Part shown: in pieces, positions 1 to 8,980 of the stretch
Position numbering within the stretch: position 1 is the first letter of the stretch
How the letters are laid out: each line of letters opens with the position of its first letter
Assembly: GCA_021776115.1 (NCBI GenBank)
Contig: JAJFGN010000045.1
Location: forward strand, 3,649-67,648
DNA: 64,000 nt
Direction of reading: 5' to 3'
DNA from: Kiloniellaceae bacterium
GTDB taxonomy: Bacteria; Pseudomonadota; Alphaproteobacteria; Kiloniellales; J153
Translations under genes and position numbers: made by a program
Notes under the pieces: model-generated
Told to the model about the DNA's origin: nothing
Seen by the model: only the letters and a program-made list of their open reading frames with translations
Database searches by the model: none

Positions 1-513
1 CCCGACGACATGGAGCGTTTGCGCGATCTGGGTATAGAATTACTTGTGATCGATACGCCGCCGGCGCTGAGCTCGGCGATCGCGGATGTCATTCGCTTAT
101 CGGATCTCGTTGTGATACCGAGCCGGCCCAGCCCGCACGACTTACGCTCCGTCGGGGCCACGGTCGAGTTAGTCGAGCATTTGGGACGACCCCTGGTCTT
201 TGTGTTGAACGGCGCTGCGCCACGGGCACGCATCACGAACGAGGCCATTACAATTTTATCGCAATACGGCATGCTGGCGCCGGTTATCGTGCATCAGCGG
301 GTCGATTTTGCGGCTAGCATGATCGATGGGCGCACGGTGATGGAACTGCCCGGAAAATCCCGCTCGGCGGAAGAAGTTTCGGAGTTGTGGGGATACTTGA
401 ACAATCGTTTGACCGGATTTTCCCGGCCAATTGCCCTGCCTACGCTGCCGCCCCTGCCGCCGATCCGTAAAATCGTCACCTCTGGCGATCCCGCCCGCTC
501 GGACATTTCATGA
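1..513 (+). CDS. ParA/MinD-family partition-type ATPase, C-terminal part (5-prime end off window)
   Basis: The frame of ORF 10..513 stays open back to base 1. Motifs LLVIDTPPALS, DLVVIPSRPSPHDL and GRTVMELPGKS match the body of ParA/Soj-type deviant Walker ATPases. The Walker A box would lie upstream of the window. Confidence 0.75.
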   Translation, partial: PDDMERLRDLGIELLVIDTPPALSSAIADVIRLSDLVVIPSRPSPHDLRSVGATVELVEHLGRPLVFVLNGAAPRARITNEAITILSQYGMLAPVIVHQRVDFAASMIDGRTVMELPGKSRSAEEVSELWGYLNNRLTGFSRPIALPTLPPLPPIRKIVTSGDPARSDIS

Positions 514-2198
514 CACTGCACCGGCTTACTTCTTCGAGCAGACTTTTGGCCCGCAAGGGCGCGGCTTCGCCGCTTGGGCTGCGCAAGGTGGCAACCAACG
601 ACGTGGAGGACGATCTCGCCATCGACACGGCGGAGGTGCCTGCCGCTGCCGAGGCGCCGACGCAACTCACCTTGGTATCGGACCTCGAAGACGAAAAATC
701 GGCCGACACGGCGGGCGAGCCGCCACCGCCGGCCAGTTTGCTGCCCTTTGCCCTTCATCGGAAACTGCGGGAACATGGCGAAGCTTGGGAGTTGGTTTCG
801 CCCGGCTTACTGGAGCGGATATCCCGGGCGGCGGGCAAGGACAGCCCAAAGGAGGCGACGGCCCGAAAAGAGACCGAATCCGAGCCCCCGGACACTTCCG
901 TCGGATCCCAAAAACCGGACGAGCCGGAAGAAGTCTTGGTGCCGTGGTTGGCGATCCCAACCCCCGAATCGGCAGCGGTACAGCACAAATCAGGCAAGAC
1001 TGCCGCAGCATCGACCTTGGAGGCGATCCTCACCATCCGGGAGGCCCCGGCAGCGACCGACGATATGCCCGAGGCGCGGCCAGTTGCGCCGGTGGCGGAC
1101 CCGGCGTGGCGGGTCGGCGTCGATACGCTACCGGTCACGAGGGACTCCGGCTCGACGCATTGGCTAGGCTGGGGCGCGGCTGCGGCTCTCTTGGTTGGCG
1201 CGATCGCTTGGTGGTCATTTGATTCTCAGGCGCCGGAGGCGCCAGCCGTTGAGGCCGGCAGCACGAATTCGGAGGCAGTGGAACCCGGCGCTGTGCAAGC
1301 TGAAACCAATCCGGAGCCGACCTCGCTTGCCGAAACACCCGTGCCGTCTGCGGATCCTGCGGCGCAGAATTCCAGCGCTGCCGCCGCGCCGGATGAGGCC
1401 TTAAGCGAGCCTCAGACCACCGAGGATCCGGCGAGCATCTCCGATTCAGGGGCGCCCTCGGTTGACCTGGTACGGATCGAAGCCAATGGCGACGCCGTAA
1501 TCGCGGGCCGGGCCGCACCGAACAGCGAGCTCATTCTTCTGGATAATGGGGCGCCCATTGGCACTATAAAGGCGGACGCTTTCGGCGAGTGGGTTTTCGT
1601 GCCCGATGAACCCTTGCCTCAAGGCGGTCATGAGTTTGGTCTGGTCGTGAAGTCGGTTCAGGGGACGGTCAGTATTCCAGCCGAGCCGAAACAGGCCCCT
1701 AAGGCCGAGGACTCAAGCGAAGCACCGGCCGGACCGATCCCACCATCCGACGCGGAGCCGACGCGAGGCGATGGAGCTAAACCGGGCAGAGAGGAGAATA
1801 GCCTCTTGGCCCCCGTGCCGTCGCGTAAGCCCGTCGCGGCTGGGCGCGAGAGCGCTGTTGTCGCGCCGATCCCCGAGCGCAAGCCGGATTTTGACGCCAA
1901 GCCATCTTCCCAGTCTTCCTCAGCTAGCCCACCAAGTGCCGACTTCGTTGTGCAACTGGCGTCGGTGAAGACGCGCGATGGCGCGCGGCGGGAGTGGCAG
2001 AAGCTTCAGTCCCGGTTTCCCGAGGTCCTGTCGGGTATGAATTTAAACCTGCACGAGACCAAGCTGATGCGGCAAGGCACGGTAATCCGGGTACGCACCG
2101 GCCCTTTTCCGGGGCTTAGCGAGGCGGTGGATTTCTGCGCCCAAATTCGCACCAGCCGGCAAGATTGCCTGGTGGTGCGCACCAGCGGCGGGAACTAG
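510..2198 (+). CDS. Bitopic membrane protein with Ig-like module and C-terminal SPOR (septal peptidoglycan-binding) domain
   Basis: 562-aa ORF whose ATG overlaps the upstream stop (ATGA at 510-513). It has an acidic/Pro-rich N-terminal ~210 aa and one hydrophobic span (HWLGWGAAAALLVGAIAWWSF). An Ig-like module follows (VDLVRIEANGDAVIAGRAAPNSELILLDNG...GEWVFVPDEPLPQGGHEF). The C-terminus is SPOR-like (FVVQLASVKTRDGARREWQKLQ...VRTGPFPGLSEAVDFC). Confidence 0.8.
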   Translation: MTLHRLTSSSRLLARKGAASPLGLRKVATNDVEDDLAIDTAEVPAAAEAPTQLTLVSDLEDEKSADTAGEPPPPASLLPFALHRKLREHGEAWELVSPGLLERISRAAGKDSPKEATARKETESEPPDTSVGSQKPDEPEEVLVPWLAIPTPESAAVQHKSGKTAAASTLEAILTIREAPAATDDMPEARPVAPVADPAWRVGVDTLPVTRDSGSTHWLGWGAAAALLVGAIAWWSFDSQAPEAPAVEAGSTNSEAVEPGAVQAETNPEPTSLAETPVPSADPAAQNSSAAAAPDEALSEPQTTEDPASISDSGAPSVDLVRIEANGDAVIAGRAAPNSELILLDNGAPIGTIKADAFGEWVFVPDEPLPQGGHEFGLVVKSVQGTVSIPAEPKQAPKAEDSSEAPAGPIPPSDAEPTRGDGAKPGREENSLLAPVPSRKPVAAGRESAVVAPIPERKPDFDAKPSSQSSSASPPSADFVVQLASVKTRDGARREWQKLQSRFPEVLSGMNLNLHETKLMRQGTVIRVRTGPFPGLSEAVDFCAQIRTSRQDCLVVRTSGGN

Positions 2199-2251
2199 GC
2201 CCAGGGCGAACCTGCGCCGATCGGCGGCTCGAGATACGTACCCAGACTAGC

Positions 2252-3097
2252 TTATGCCTGCGCCGGTTGAGCCAACCCAATCGCTTCGAGCAGAACGTCG
2301 ATCTCCGACCGGGCCGAATCGTGGCTAGGGTTCGGCGGCAGGTCAGGATCCTCAGCCTCATTGTCGAGCACGGTCAGGCCTTTCAGGAACAGCTCCCGGA
2401 AAATGACTCGTTCGCCGAAGCCCGGTGCGACGCGAAATCCGATTCGTTGCGCTAGCTGCATCATTAGGCCCGCGATTTCGCGTTTGTTGCGCGATTCAAT
2501 GTGGGTCAAGCGATTACGCATCACGATCCAGTCGACCGGTGGCCGCCCGGCAATTACCCGCCGGTTGTTGTTCTCCCAGACCATCTTGCTATAGGGGCTA
2601 GGGGCTTGGACTTCGCGCCGCACCCGGTCGATCCGGGCCAGCATGTCGATATCTACAAAGCTGTCGTTCAGGGGCGTGACGAGGGTGTCTGCATTCTCGT
2701 GCGCCAAGTGCGAGAGATAGCTGTCGCTGCCCGGTGTGTCTATGACCACGAAGTTGCAGTCCATGAGATCCTGAAATGCCTGGCACAGCTTGGCCCGCTC
2801 CCGCACTTCGGCGTCGGCTTTGGTCTTGGCGATCGTGCGCTCGATGTGGCGATGTTCAGGCATCAGCAGGGGCAACCCGCTCGCTTCCGAGTAGGCGCGG
2901 CGATTGGCGATGTAGCGCGTTAAGGTGCTTTGCCGCTCATCCAGATCAATGCTGCCGACCTTGTAGCCGACACGCATCAAGGCGACGATCAGATGCATGG
3001 CGGTTGTGGACTTCCCGGTGCCACCCTTTTCGTTCCCAACGACGATCACATAGGGCCGCGCCTGGCCGGGCGTTTCTGGAACCAAGGGTCCGTCCAT
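2252..3097 (-). CDS. mipZ: Division-plane positioning ATPase MipZ
   Basis: 281 aa. The N-terminus YVIVVGNEKGGTGKSTTAMHLIVALMRVGYKVGSIDLDERQSTLTRYIANRR resembles Caulobacter MipZ (deviant Walker A followed by DLDxRQ). Confidence 0.85.
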   Translation of the reverse strand: MDGPLVPETPGQARPYVIVVGNEKGGTGKSTTAMHLIVALMRVGYKVGSIDLDERQSTLTRYIANRRAYSEASGLPLLMPEHRHIERTIAKTKADAEVRERAKLCQAFQDLMDCNFVVIDTPGSDSYLSHLAHENADTLVTPLNDSFVDIDMLARIDRVRREVQAPSPYSKMVWENNNRRVIAGRPPVDWIVMRNRLTHIESRNKREIAGLMMQLAQRIGFRVAPGFGERVIFRELFLKGLTVLDNEAEDPDLPPNPSHDSARSEIDVLLEAIGLAQPAQA

Positions 3098-3163
3098 TGC
3101 GTCGTGACCGTGCCTAGTTGTGGCTGTAGGGCTGAGGGGAATCGGCTCGTTCGATCTCCACGC

Positions 3164-3712
3164 TTAGAAGAGAATCCGCCATTCTTCTCCGCCTTCTGGT
3201 TCGGTTTTACCCGCTGGTTTTCCTGCGGGGGCTCGTGCCGGCGCCTCGGCGGTGGCGCCTGGAGCTCCAGGGTCCCCAGGACTGCGGTGCTGCGGCGCTT
3301 GCGGGCTTGCGGCATAGGTGCCGGGGCCTTTGCAAGCCTGCAATCCCGCTAGGCGTCGGGCCAGACACTCCGTCGCTGCCCAGGCCGAAACCTGCTCTCC
3401 GGTCCCGGCGCGATGAACGGCGACCCATTGCCTGCGCCTCTTGGAATACGCAGAGAGGACAACATTCTCGCCGGGCAGCGCGGCGTCCAGCGATGTCGTA
3501 TAGGCCGGCAGGTCTTCGTCGAGAAGCTCGGAGATCACGTCCCAGGGATAGCCTTCCTCAACAAAAAGCTCGATCATCTTGCCGGCTTCGCTCGCCGTAT
3601 CACCCAGGATGAAGGACACGACGATATCGAGCTCGCGCTTACCCCGCCGCGCGTTGGCTAACGACAGTAAGAGCTTCTCGTATACCCTGACCTTGGTGCT
3701 TTGGTGGAGCAC
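3164..3712 (-). CDS. Hypothetical protein (folded N-terminal half, Pro/Ala-rich tail ending EEWRILF)
   Basis: 182-codon ORF with a GTG start (cac at 3710-3712) and GC-rich third positions consistent with real coding. It lies 66 bp upstream of mipZ on the same strand. I recognise no family. Confidence 0.6.
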   Translation of the reverse strand: MLHQSTKVRVYEKLLLSLANARRGKRELDIVVSFILGDTASEAGKMIELFVEEGYPWDVISELLDEDLPAYTTSLDAALPGENVVLSAYSKRRRQWVAVHRAGTGEQVSAWAATECLARRLAGLQACKGPGTYAASPQAPQHRSPGDPGAPGATAEAPARAPAGKPAGKTEPEGGEEWRILF

Positions 3713-4007
3713 GCAAGTTCCCCATGCACACCGCTCCAGCCAATGGGGATAGGCCTTGAGCGGTATCTAACCCGACCTCGCGCGGCCCTGGCCCGCCGCC
3801 TCCCACCCAGGCGGCGAAAATTCCGAACCTTCGACTGCTCGAGTTGAAAACCGTCGCAGCCGGCGCACATAGACCTTCACGCTAGGATCGGCCGTAAAGC
3901 AAGTCCGTCCTAAACGCCGGTCTACTTATGATCTCCCCACCCTTAGACTACCCGAGACTTGCCCGACTCTTCTAGGAGTTTTCGACGGGTATCCTTGTCG
4001 GGCCCAG

Positions 4008-5300
4008 CTAGTTGTGGCCGGCCAGGGCCCGCCAGGCGATGTCACGCCGGCAAAATCCCTCTGGCCAGTCGATCAAGTCAACCGCGGCATAGGCGCGGGC
4101 CTTGGCTTCGCCGATCGTGCGGCCTGTTGCGGTCACGTTGAGTACCCGACCGCCTGCCGCGATCAGGGACCCGCCGGGCCATCCTCCAGGGCCTGCCTTT
4201 GTGCCCGCGTGAAACACGACCACATTATCGAGCGCGGCGGCTTTTTCCACGCCGCGAATCTCGGTACCTTTCCGATAGGCGCCTGGATAGCCGCGTGTGG
4301 CCATGACCACGCTCAGCGCCGCGTCGTCGTGCCAGCGCAGATCAAGCGTATCCAGCACCCCGTCGCAGGTTGCGATAAGGGCGGGCAGCAGGTCGGACTT
4401 AAGCCTCATGCACAGCACCTGGCACTCGGGATCGCCAAAGCGCACGTTGTATTCGATGAGCATCGGCCCATCCTGGGTAATCATTAGACCGGCGTAGAGT
4501 ACGCCTCTATAGGGCTGGCCCTCGTCGGCCATGGCGCGCACCGTCGGCTCGATGATCTCGCTCATCACGCGGGCCTGTATCTTCGGTGTCAGGGCCGGCG
4601 CAGGGGAATAAGCGCCCATGCCGCCCGTGTTCGGCCCGGTCTCGCCGTCGCCCGCCCGTTTGTGGTCTTGGGCCGAGGCCAGGGGCAGGATGTTTAGCCC
4701 GTCGACCAGGGCAAAGAAGCTGACCTCTTCCCCTTCCAGAAATTCCTCGATCACCAGCGAAGCACCGGCCTCACCGTGGGATTTCTCGACCATCATCTCG
4801 TCGATCGTCGCCTCCGCCTGAGCCAAGCTGGTGGCGATGACCACGCCCTTTCCGGCCGCCAGGCCGTCGGCCTTGATAACCACCGGCATTGCGCTTTCGC
4901 GCACAAAACTCTTGGCCGATTTGGGGTCGGCCAGGCGGCCGTACTCGGCGGTCGGTATATCGTACTTGGCGCACAGGTCCTTCAGGAATCCCTTCGATCC
5001 CTCCAACATGGCGGCGGCGCGGCTGGGACCGAAGACCTTGATGCCCTGCTCCGTCAAACGATCGGCTAGGCCTGCGACCAGCGGTGCTTCCGGCCCGACC
5101 ACGACGAGATCGACCGCCTTGTCCTTGGCGAACGCGATTAGGCCGTCGACGTTGTTCGCATCGATGGGTACGCACTCCGCCTCTTGGGCGATACCAGCGT
5201 TTCCCGGTGCGCAATATAGTTTGGCGCACAGTGGCGAGGCCGCGATCTTCCAGCACAGCGCATGTTCGCGCCCACCTGAGCCGACAACCAGAACATTCAT
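4008..5300 (-). CDS. purD: Phosphoribosylamine-glycine ligase
   Basis: [23 protein letters not shown]... followed by an ATP-grasp body. I prefer the internal ATG (cat at 5298-5300). The 30 extra residues of ORF 4008..5390 are not PurD-like and would overlap xseA. Confidence 0.95.
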   Translation of the reverse strand: MNVLVVGSGGREHALCWKIAASPLCAKLYCAPGNAGIAQEAECVPIDANNVDGLIAFAKDKAVDLVVVGPEAPLVAGLADRLTEQGIKVFGPSRAAAMLEGSKGFLKDLCAKYDIPTAEYGRLADPKSAKSFVRESAMPVVIKADGLAAGKGVVIATSLAQAEATIDEMMVEKSHGEAGASLVIEEFLEGEEVSFFALVDGLNILPLASAQDHKRAGDGETGPNTGGMGAYSPAPALTPKIQARVMSEIIEPTVRAMADEGQPYRGVLYAGLMITQDGPMLIEYNVRFGDPECQVLCMRLKSDLLPALIATCDGVLDTLDLRWHDDAALSVVMATRGYPGAYRKGTEIRGVEKAAALDNVVVFHAGTKAGPGGWPGGSLIAAGGRVLNVTATGRTIGEAKARAYAAVDLIDWPEGFCRRDIAWRALAGHN

Positions 5301-5374
5301 GCTTTCTTCGTCTCCCTTCCCGGGGTTGTCCCCTGGTTCGGATGCCGGGCGTCTTGTAACATAGGCGAAGCACC

Positions 5375-6823
5375 ATGAGCGATATTTCAAACCAGCCCGA
5401 AGACGCGACGCCGGCCGTCCCGAATTTGCCGATCTACAGCGTTTCGGAGATCTCGCAGGCGATTAAGCGCACTCTGGAGGGCAACTTCGAGTGGGTCCGT
5501 GTGCGCGGTGAGATTTCCGGGTTTAAGCGCGCCGCTTCCGGTCATCTCTATATGGCTTTGAAGGACCGCGACGCGGTTATCGACGGGGTGTGCTGGCGGG
5601 GAATCGCGGGGCGCCTATCGATTAAGCCCGAAGATGGCATGGAAGTTATCGTCAGTGGCCGGGTGACGAGCTATGCCGGGCGGTCCAAATACCAACTTGT
5701 TATCGAGCAAATGGAGCTGGCTGGCGAGGGCGCGCTGCTAAAGCTGCTCGAAGATCGCAAACGCAAGCTGGCCGCCGAAGGCCTGTTCGACGAAGCGCGC
5801 AAGCGCTCTCTGCCTTACCTGCCCGAAGTGATCGGCGTCGTCACCTCGCCGACCGGTGCGGTGATACGCGATATTCTTCACCGCCTGGCCGACCGCTTTC
5901 CGCGCCGCGTATTGGTTTGGCCTGTCCTGGTCCAGGGCGAGGGCGCCGCCGCACAAGTCGCCGCCGCGATTCGAGGCTTCAATGACTTGCCCGCCGGAGG
6001 GCCGGTGCCGCGTCCCGACCTTTTAATCGTCGCGCGCGGCGGCGGCAGCCTGGAAGATCTCTGGACCTTCAACGAGGAGGTCGTGGTCCGAGCCGCCGCA
6101 GCCTCGCAAATTCCCTTGATCTCGGCGGTTGGGCATGAAACCGACGTGACCTTGATTGACTTCGCCTCCGACCGGCGCGCGCCCACACCGACGGCGGCGG
6201 CTGAGATGGCGGTTCCCGTCCGCGCCGAGCTGGTTTCGCAGGTGCTGGACGGGGAGCGGCGGATGCGCGCGGTTTGGCACCGCAGCCTGGCTGAGCGGCG
6301 CACCCTGGTCGAGGGTCTAGGGCGCGGATTGCCGCATCCGGCGCGCCTGCTGGAAGAAAAGAGCCAGCGTCTGGACGATCGGGTCGAACGACTCCAGAGC
6401 GCGGTACGGCGCCTCCTCGTGCAACGGTATGAGCGGACGACGGACCTGGCGGCGCGCTTGCCGCATCCCCGGCGTCAGCACGCTTTGGCACAGGAGCGTT
6501 TCGCCGAGGTAAGCCGCCGGCTTGGCGCGATGTTCGAGCGGCCGGGCGTATTTCTACGTAAGGGCGAGGAACTTGGCTCTCTTGGGCGGGTTTTAGAGAC
6601 GGTATCTTATCACAGCACCTTGCAACGCGGCTTCGCGGTCGTGCATGGGCCGGACGGCGTTGCCACCCGATCGGAACAACTTAGCGCCGGCGATGCGATC
6701 GATATAGAATTCGCCGATGGACAAGTTCCGGCGACGGTGGCTTCGCCGTCCGCGCCTTTCGCCAAACCCCCAAGGCGCAAGCCGGCGCCGCGCGGTGGCG
6801 GAGAACAGGGCAATCTGCTATGA
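5375..6823 (+). CDS. xseA: Exodeoxyribonuclease VII large subunit
   Basis: The N-terminal OB-fold region ([44 protein letters not shown]) and the catalytic region ([16 protein letters not shown]...[12 protein letters not shown]) are typical XseA. Confidence 0.95.
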   Translation: MSDISNQPEDATPAVPNLPIYSVSEISQAIKRTLEGNFEWVRVRGEISGFKRAASGHLYMALKDRDAVIDGVCWRGIAGRLSIKPEDGMEVIVSGRVTSYAGRSKYQLVIEQMELAGEGALLKLLEDRKRKLAAEGLFDEARKRSLPYLPEVIGVVTSPTGAVIRDILHRLADRFPRRVLVWPVLVQGEGAAAQVAAAIRGFNDLPAGGPVPRPDLLIVARGGGSLEDLWTFNEEVVVRAAAASQIPLISAVGHETDVTLIDFASDRRAPTPTAAAEMAVPVRAELVSQVLDGERRMRAVWHRSLAERRTLVEGLGRGLPHPARLLEEKSQRLDDRVERLQSAVRRLLVQRYERTTDLAARLPHPRRQHALAQERFAEVSRRLGAMFERPGVFLRKGEELGSLGRVLETVSYHSTLQRGFAVVHGPDGVATRSEQLSAGDAIDIEFADGQVPATVASPSAPFAKPPRRKPAPRGGGEQGNLL

Positions 6824-6839
6824 CGCGTGGCGAGGGCAA

Positions 6840-7706
6840 ATGATAGCTGAGATGTTAAATAGGCGACCGACAACGCACGCGACCCGCCGTGCTCTCTCAT
6901 TCGGCCTGACCCTATTGGCCCTGTCTGTTTCTAGCGGCTTGGCGCGCGCCGAAGCGGTCCGGCTTGAAGGCCGATTTGTCCAAGGCGGTGTGATTTTCGG
7001 CCATAGCGTTCCGGGCGCAAGGGTCGCGCTGAACGGGCGCGATGTTCGGGTTTCGCCCAGCGGGCGTTTCGTTTTCGGTTTTGGCCGCGATGCGCCCGGG
7101 ACGGCTCAACTCGAAATTTTCTTGCCTGACGGCGTCGAGGACCGGCGCACACTGCGCGTTGAAAAGCGCCAGTATAAGACGCAAAAAATCGATGGCCTGC
7201 CGCCCAAGATGGTCACGCCGCCCGAAAAGGTCCTGGCCCGCATACGCGCCGAAAATAAGACGATTGCGGCGGCGCGCGCTGTCGACCGGCCGGAGCCATT
7301 ATTCGAAAGCGGCTTTATCTGGCCCGCGACCGGTCCGATAAGCGGCGTCTTTGGCAGCCAAAGGATTCTCAATGGCGAGCCGCGCCGACCTCACTATGGC
7401 CTCGATATCGCGGCGCCGGAAGGGACGCCGGTGCACGCACCTGCCGATGGTGCCGTGGCGATTGCTGAGCGGGACATGTACTATACGGGTGGCACCGTGA
7501 TGCTCGATCACGGTCATGGCTTGACTTCGGTGTACTCGCACCTGAAGGATGTCACCGTGAAGCAAGGCCAGATTCTGCGCCAGGGCGACATACTTGGCAC
7601 CGTTGGGGCGACCGGGCGTGTGACCGGCGCTCACTTGGATTGGCGGATCAACTGGTTTAAGGAACGCCTCGATCCGGCTTTTTTCGTGCCGCCGATGCAG
7701 CAATGA
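6840..7706 (+). CDS. M23 family metallopeptidase (periplasmic, LytM-type)
   Basis: Start taken at MIAEMLNRRP... (atg 6840), which gives a signal-like LTLLALSVSSGLARA. M23 motifs are present: HYGLDIAAPEGTPVHAPADG and LDHGHGLTSVYSHL...GATGRVTGAHLDW. Confidence 0.85.
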   Translation: MIAEMLNRRPTTHATRRALSFGLTLLALSVSSGLARAEAVRLEGRFVQGGVIFGHSVPGARVALNGRDVRVSPSGRFVFGFGRDAPGTAQLEIFLPDGVEDRRTLRVEKRQYKTQKIDGLPPKMVTPPEKVLARIRAENKTIAAARAVDRPEPLFESGFIWPATGPISGVFGSQRILNGEPRRPHYGLDIAAPEGTPVHAPADGAVAIAERDMYYTGGTVMLDHGHGLTSVYSHLKDVTVKQGQILRQGDILGTVGATGRVTGAHLDWRINWFKERLDPAFFVPPMQQ

Positions 7707-7707
7707 C

Positions 7708-8064
7708 ATGAGGATCGTGATGTTTGGTAAGACGCTATCGCGGGCTGGATATTTCGCCGGTGCCGTCGTGGTCGTGGCGGGATTGACGAGCTTTGGCGCC
7801 GCCGCCAAGGCCGCGGGTAAATATGTGGTGCAGCTTGCGTCGGTGAAGTCGGAAGCGCGCGCCAAGGACGAATGGGGCCGCTTGCAGGGCCGGCACGCCG
7901 AATTGCTCGGCGACTTAAACCTCATGTTGCAACGGGTTGACTTGGGTGAGCAGGGGGTCTTCTTCCGCATGCAGACCGGTCCGTTCCCGTCCCGGACGAC
8001 GGCGGCGGACATGTGCCGTCAAATCAAGGCCGTGCGAATGGATTGCCTGGTCCGGGAGCGGTAG
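7708..8064 (+). CDS. SPOR domain-containing protein
   Basis: 118 aa with an N-terminal signal/anchor. The SPOR domain KYVVQLASVKSEARAKDEWGRLQ...MQTGPFPSRTTAADMC is clearly paralogous to the C-terminus of 510..2198. It starts 1 nt after the M23 stop. Confidence 0.8.
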   Translation: MRIVMFGKTLSRAGYFAGAVVVVAGLTSFGAAAKAAGKYVVQLASVKSEARAKDEWGRLQGRHAELLGDLNLMLQRVDLGEQGVFFRMQTGPFPSRTTAADMCRQIKAVRMDCLVRER

Positions 8065-8065
8065 A

Positions 8066-8980
8066 TTACCGTCCCAGGGTGGCGCGCTTAAGCTCGGCGG
8101 CTCGATAAGCTTCTGCGGGCCAGCGTCGATGCAGCCAAAGCCATTGCTCGGGCCGCGCACGGATCCAATCCTCCAGGATGGCGTTCATTTGGCGCATGAC
8201 CTGTTCCGTGTCGCGTTTCTTGTCGCCTGAATCGGGCAGCGTGAGCGCTTCTTGCACAGTGAGGCGAAAACGCGCCGCCCCGGTTCGCTCAATGCGTACC
8301 AGAACCAGCGGGCAGCTAAACCGCAAGGCTAGCTGTGCCGGGGCTGCCGTGGTCATGGCGTCGATACCGAAAAAGGGTATGGCGAGACCGCGATTTAGCT
8401 TCTGATCGAACAACAATGCCAATACCCGGCCACCGCGGAGAACCTTGATCGATTGTTTCGCGCCGGCCTCGCCCTTCGGTATGCGTGCGCCACCGGCCAC
8501 GCCGCGCATCCGGTCGATGATCGCGCGGACCAAGGGATTGTTTGGCTCGCGCACGATGCCTGTCATATCGATTCCTTGGTGCGCGGCGGCGACCGGCAGG
8601 ACCTCCCAGTTAGCGATGTGCGCGGAACAAAGAATCGCGGCGCTTCCAGGTTTGCCCAAGGCCTTTACCGGTTCCATGCCTTGATAGACCACCCGGCCCG
8701 ATTTTGGGTCGGCGATCCGGCCGAGATGCGGGTACTCGGCGAAGGTGCGGCCCAAGTTATCCCACATGCCGAGGACAATCTCCGCGATCCGTTCCTCGGT
8801 TAGTTCCGGCATGGCGAGGCGCAGGTTGCGGCGGGCCCGCTCGCTGACTCCAATGCGGGGGCCAAGTGTCCGGCAAATGAAGCTACCCAGGTTCGAGGCC
8901 GCCTCGGGTGTCAGTAGCCGTAACACGCCGAGCGCAATGAGCAGGCCCAGGGCCTCGAAGATATGACGGATGCGCTTCAT
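8066..8980 (-). CDS. Lipid A biosynthesis late acyltransferase (LpxL/HtrB family)
   Basis: 304 aa with an N-terminal membrane anchor. It has an HxxxxE-like region (CSAHIANWEV) and an LpxL-family body (LLFDQKLNRGLAIPFFG). It overlaps the lpxK stop. Confidence 0.8.
   Translation of the reverse strand: MKRIRHIFEALGLLIALGVLRLLTPEAASNLGSFICRTLGPRIGVSERARRNLRLAMPELTEERIAEIVLGMWDNLGRTFAEYPHLGRIADPKSGRVVYQGMEPVKALGKPGSAAILCSAHIANWEVLPVAAAHQGIDMTGIVREPNNPLVRAIIDRMRGVAGGARIPKGEAGAKQSIKVLRGGRVLALLFDQKLNRGLAIPFFGIDAMTTAAPAQLALRFSCPLVLVRIERTGAARFRLTVQEALTLPDSGDKKRDTEQVMRQMNAILEDWIRARPEQWLWLHRRWPAEAYRAAELKRATLGR

Noticed and set aside
431-1222. 263-aa and 197-aa alternate-frame ORFs over the start of the SPOR protein gene.
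   Set aside because: The sequences are Arg-rich and out of frame. The 510..2198 frame ends in a clear SPOR domain and is coupled to the upstream gene.
5301-5390. N-terminal extensions offered by the ORF track for purD. Similar extensions are offered for pmbA, aroK, bolA, tenA, accA, the ACAD gene, rpmB and meaB.
   Set aside because: Family homology begins at internal Met/GTG codons. The extensions overlap neighbouring genes or contain atypical residues and codons.
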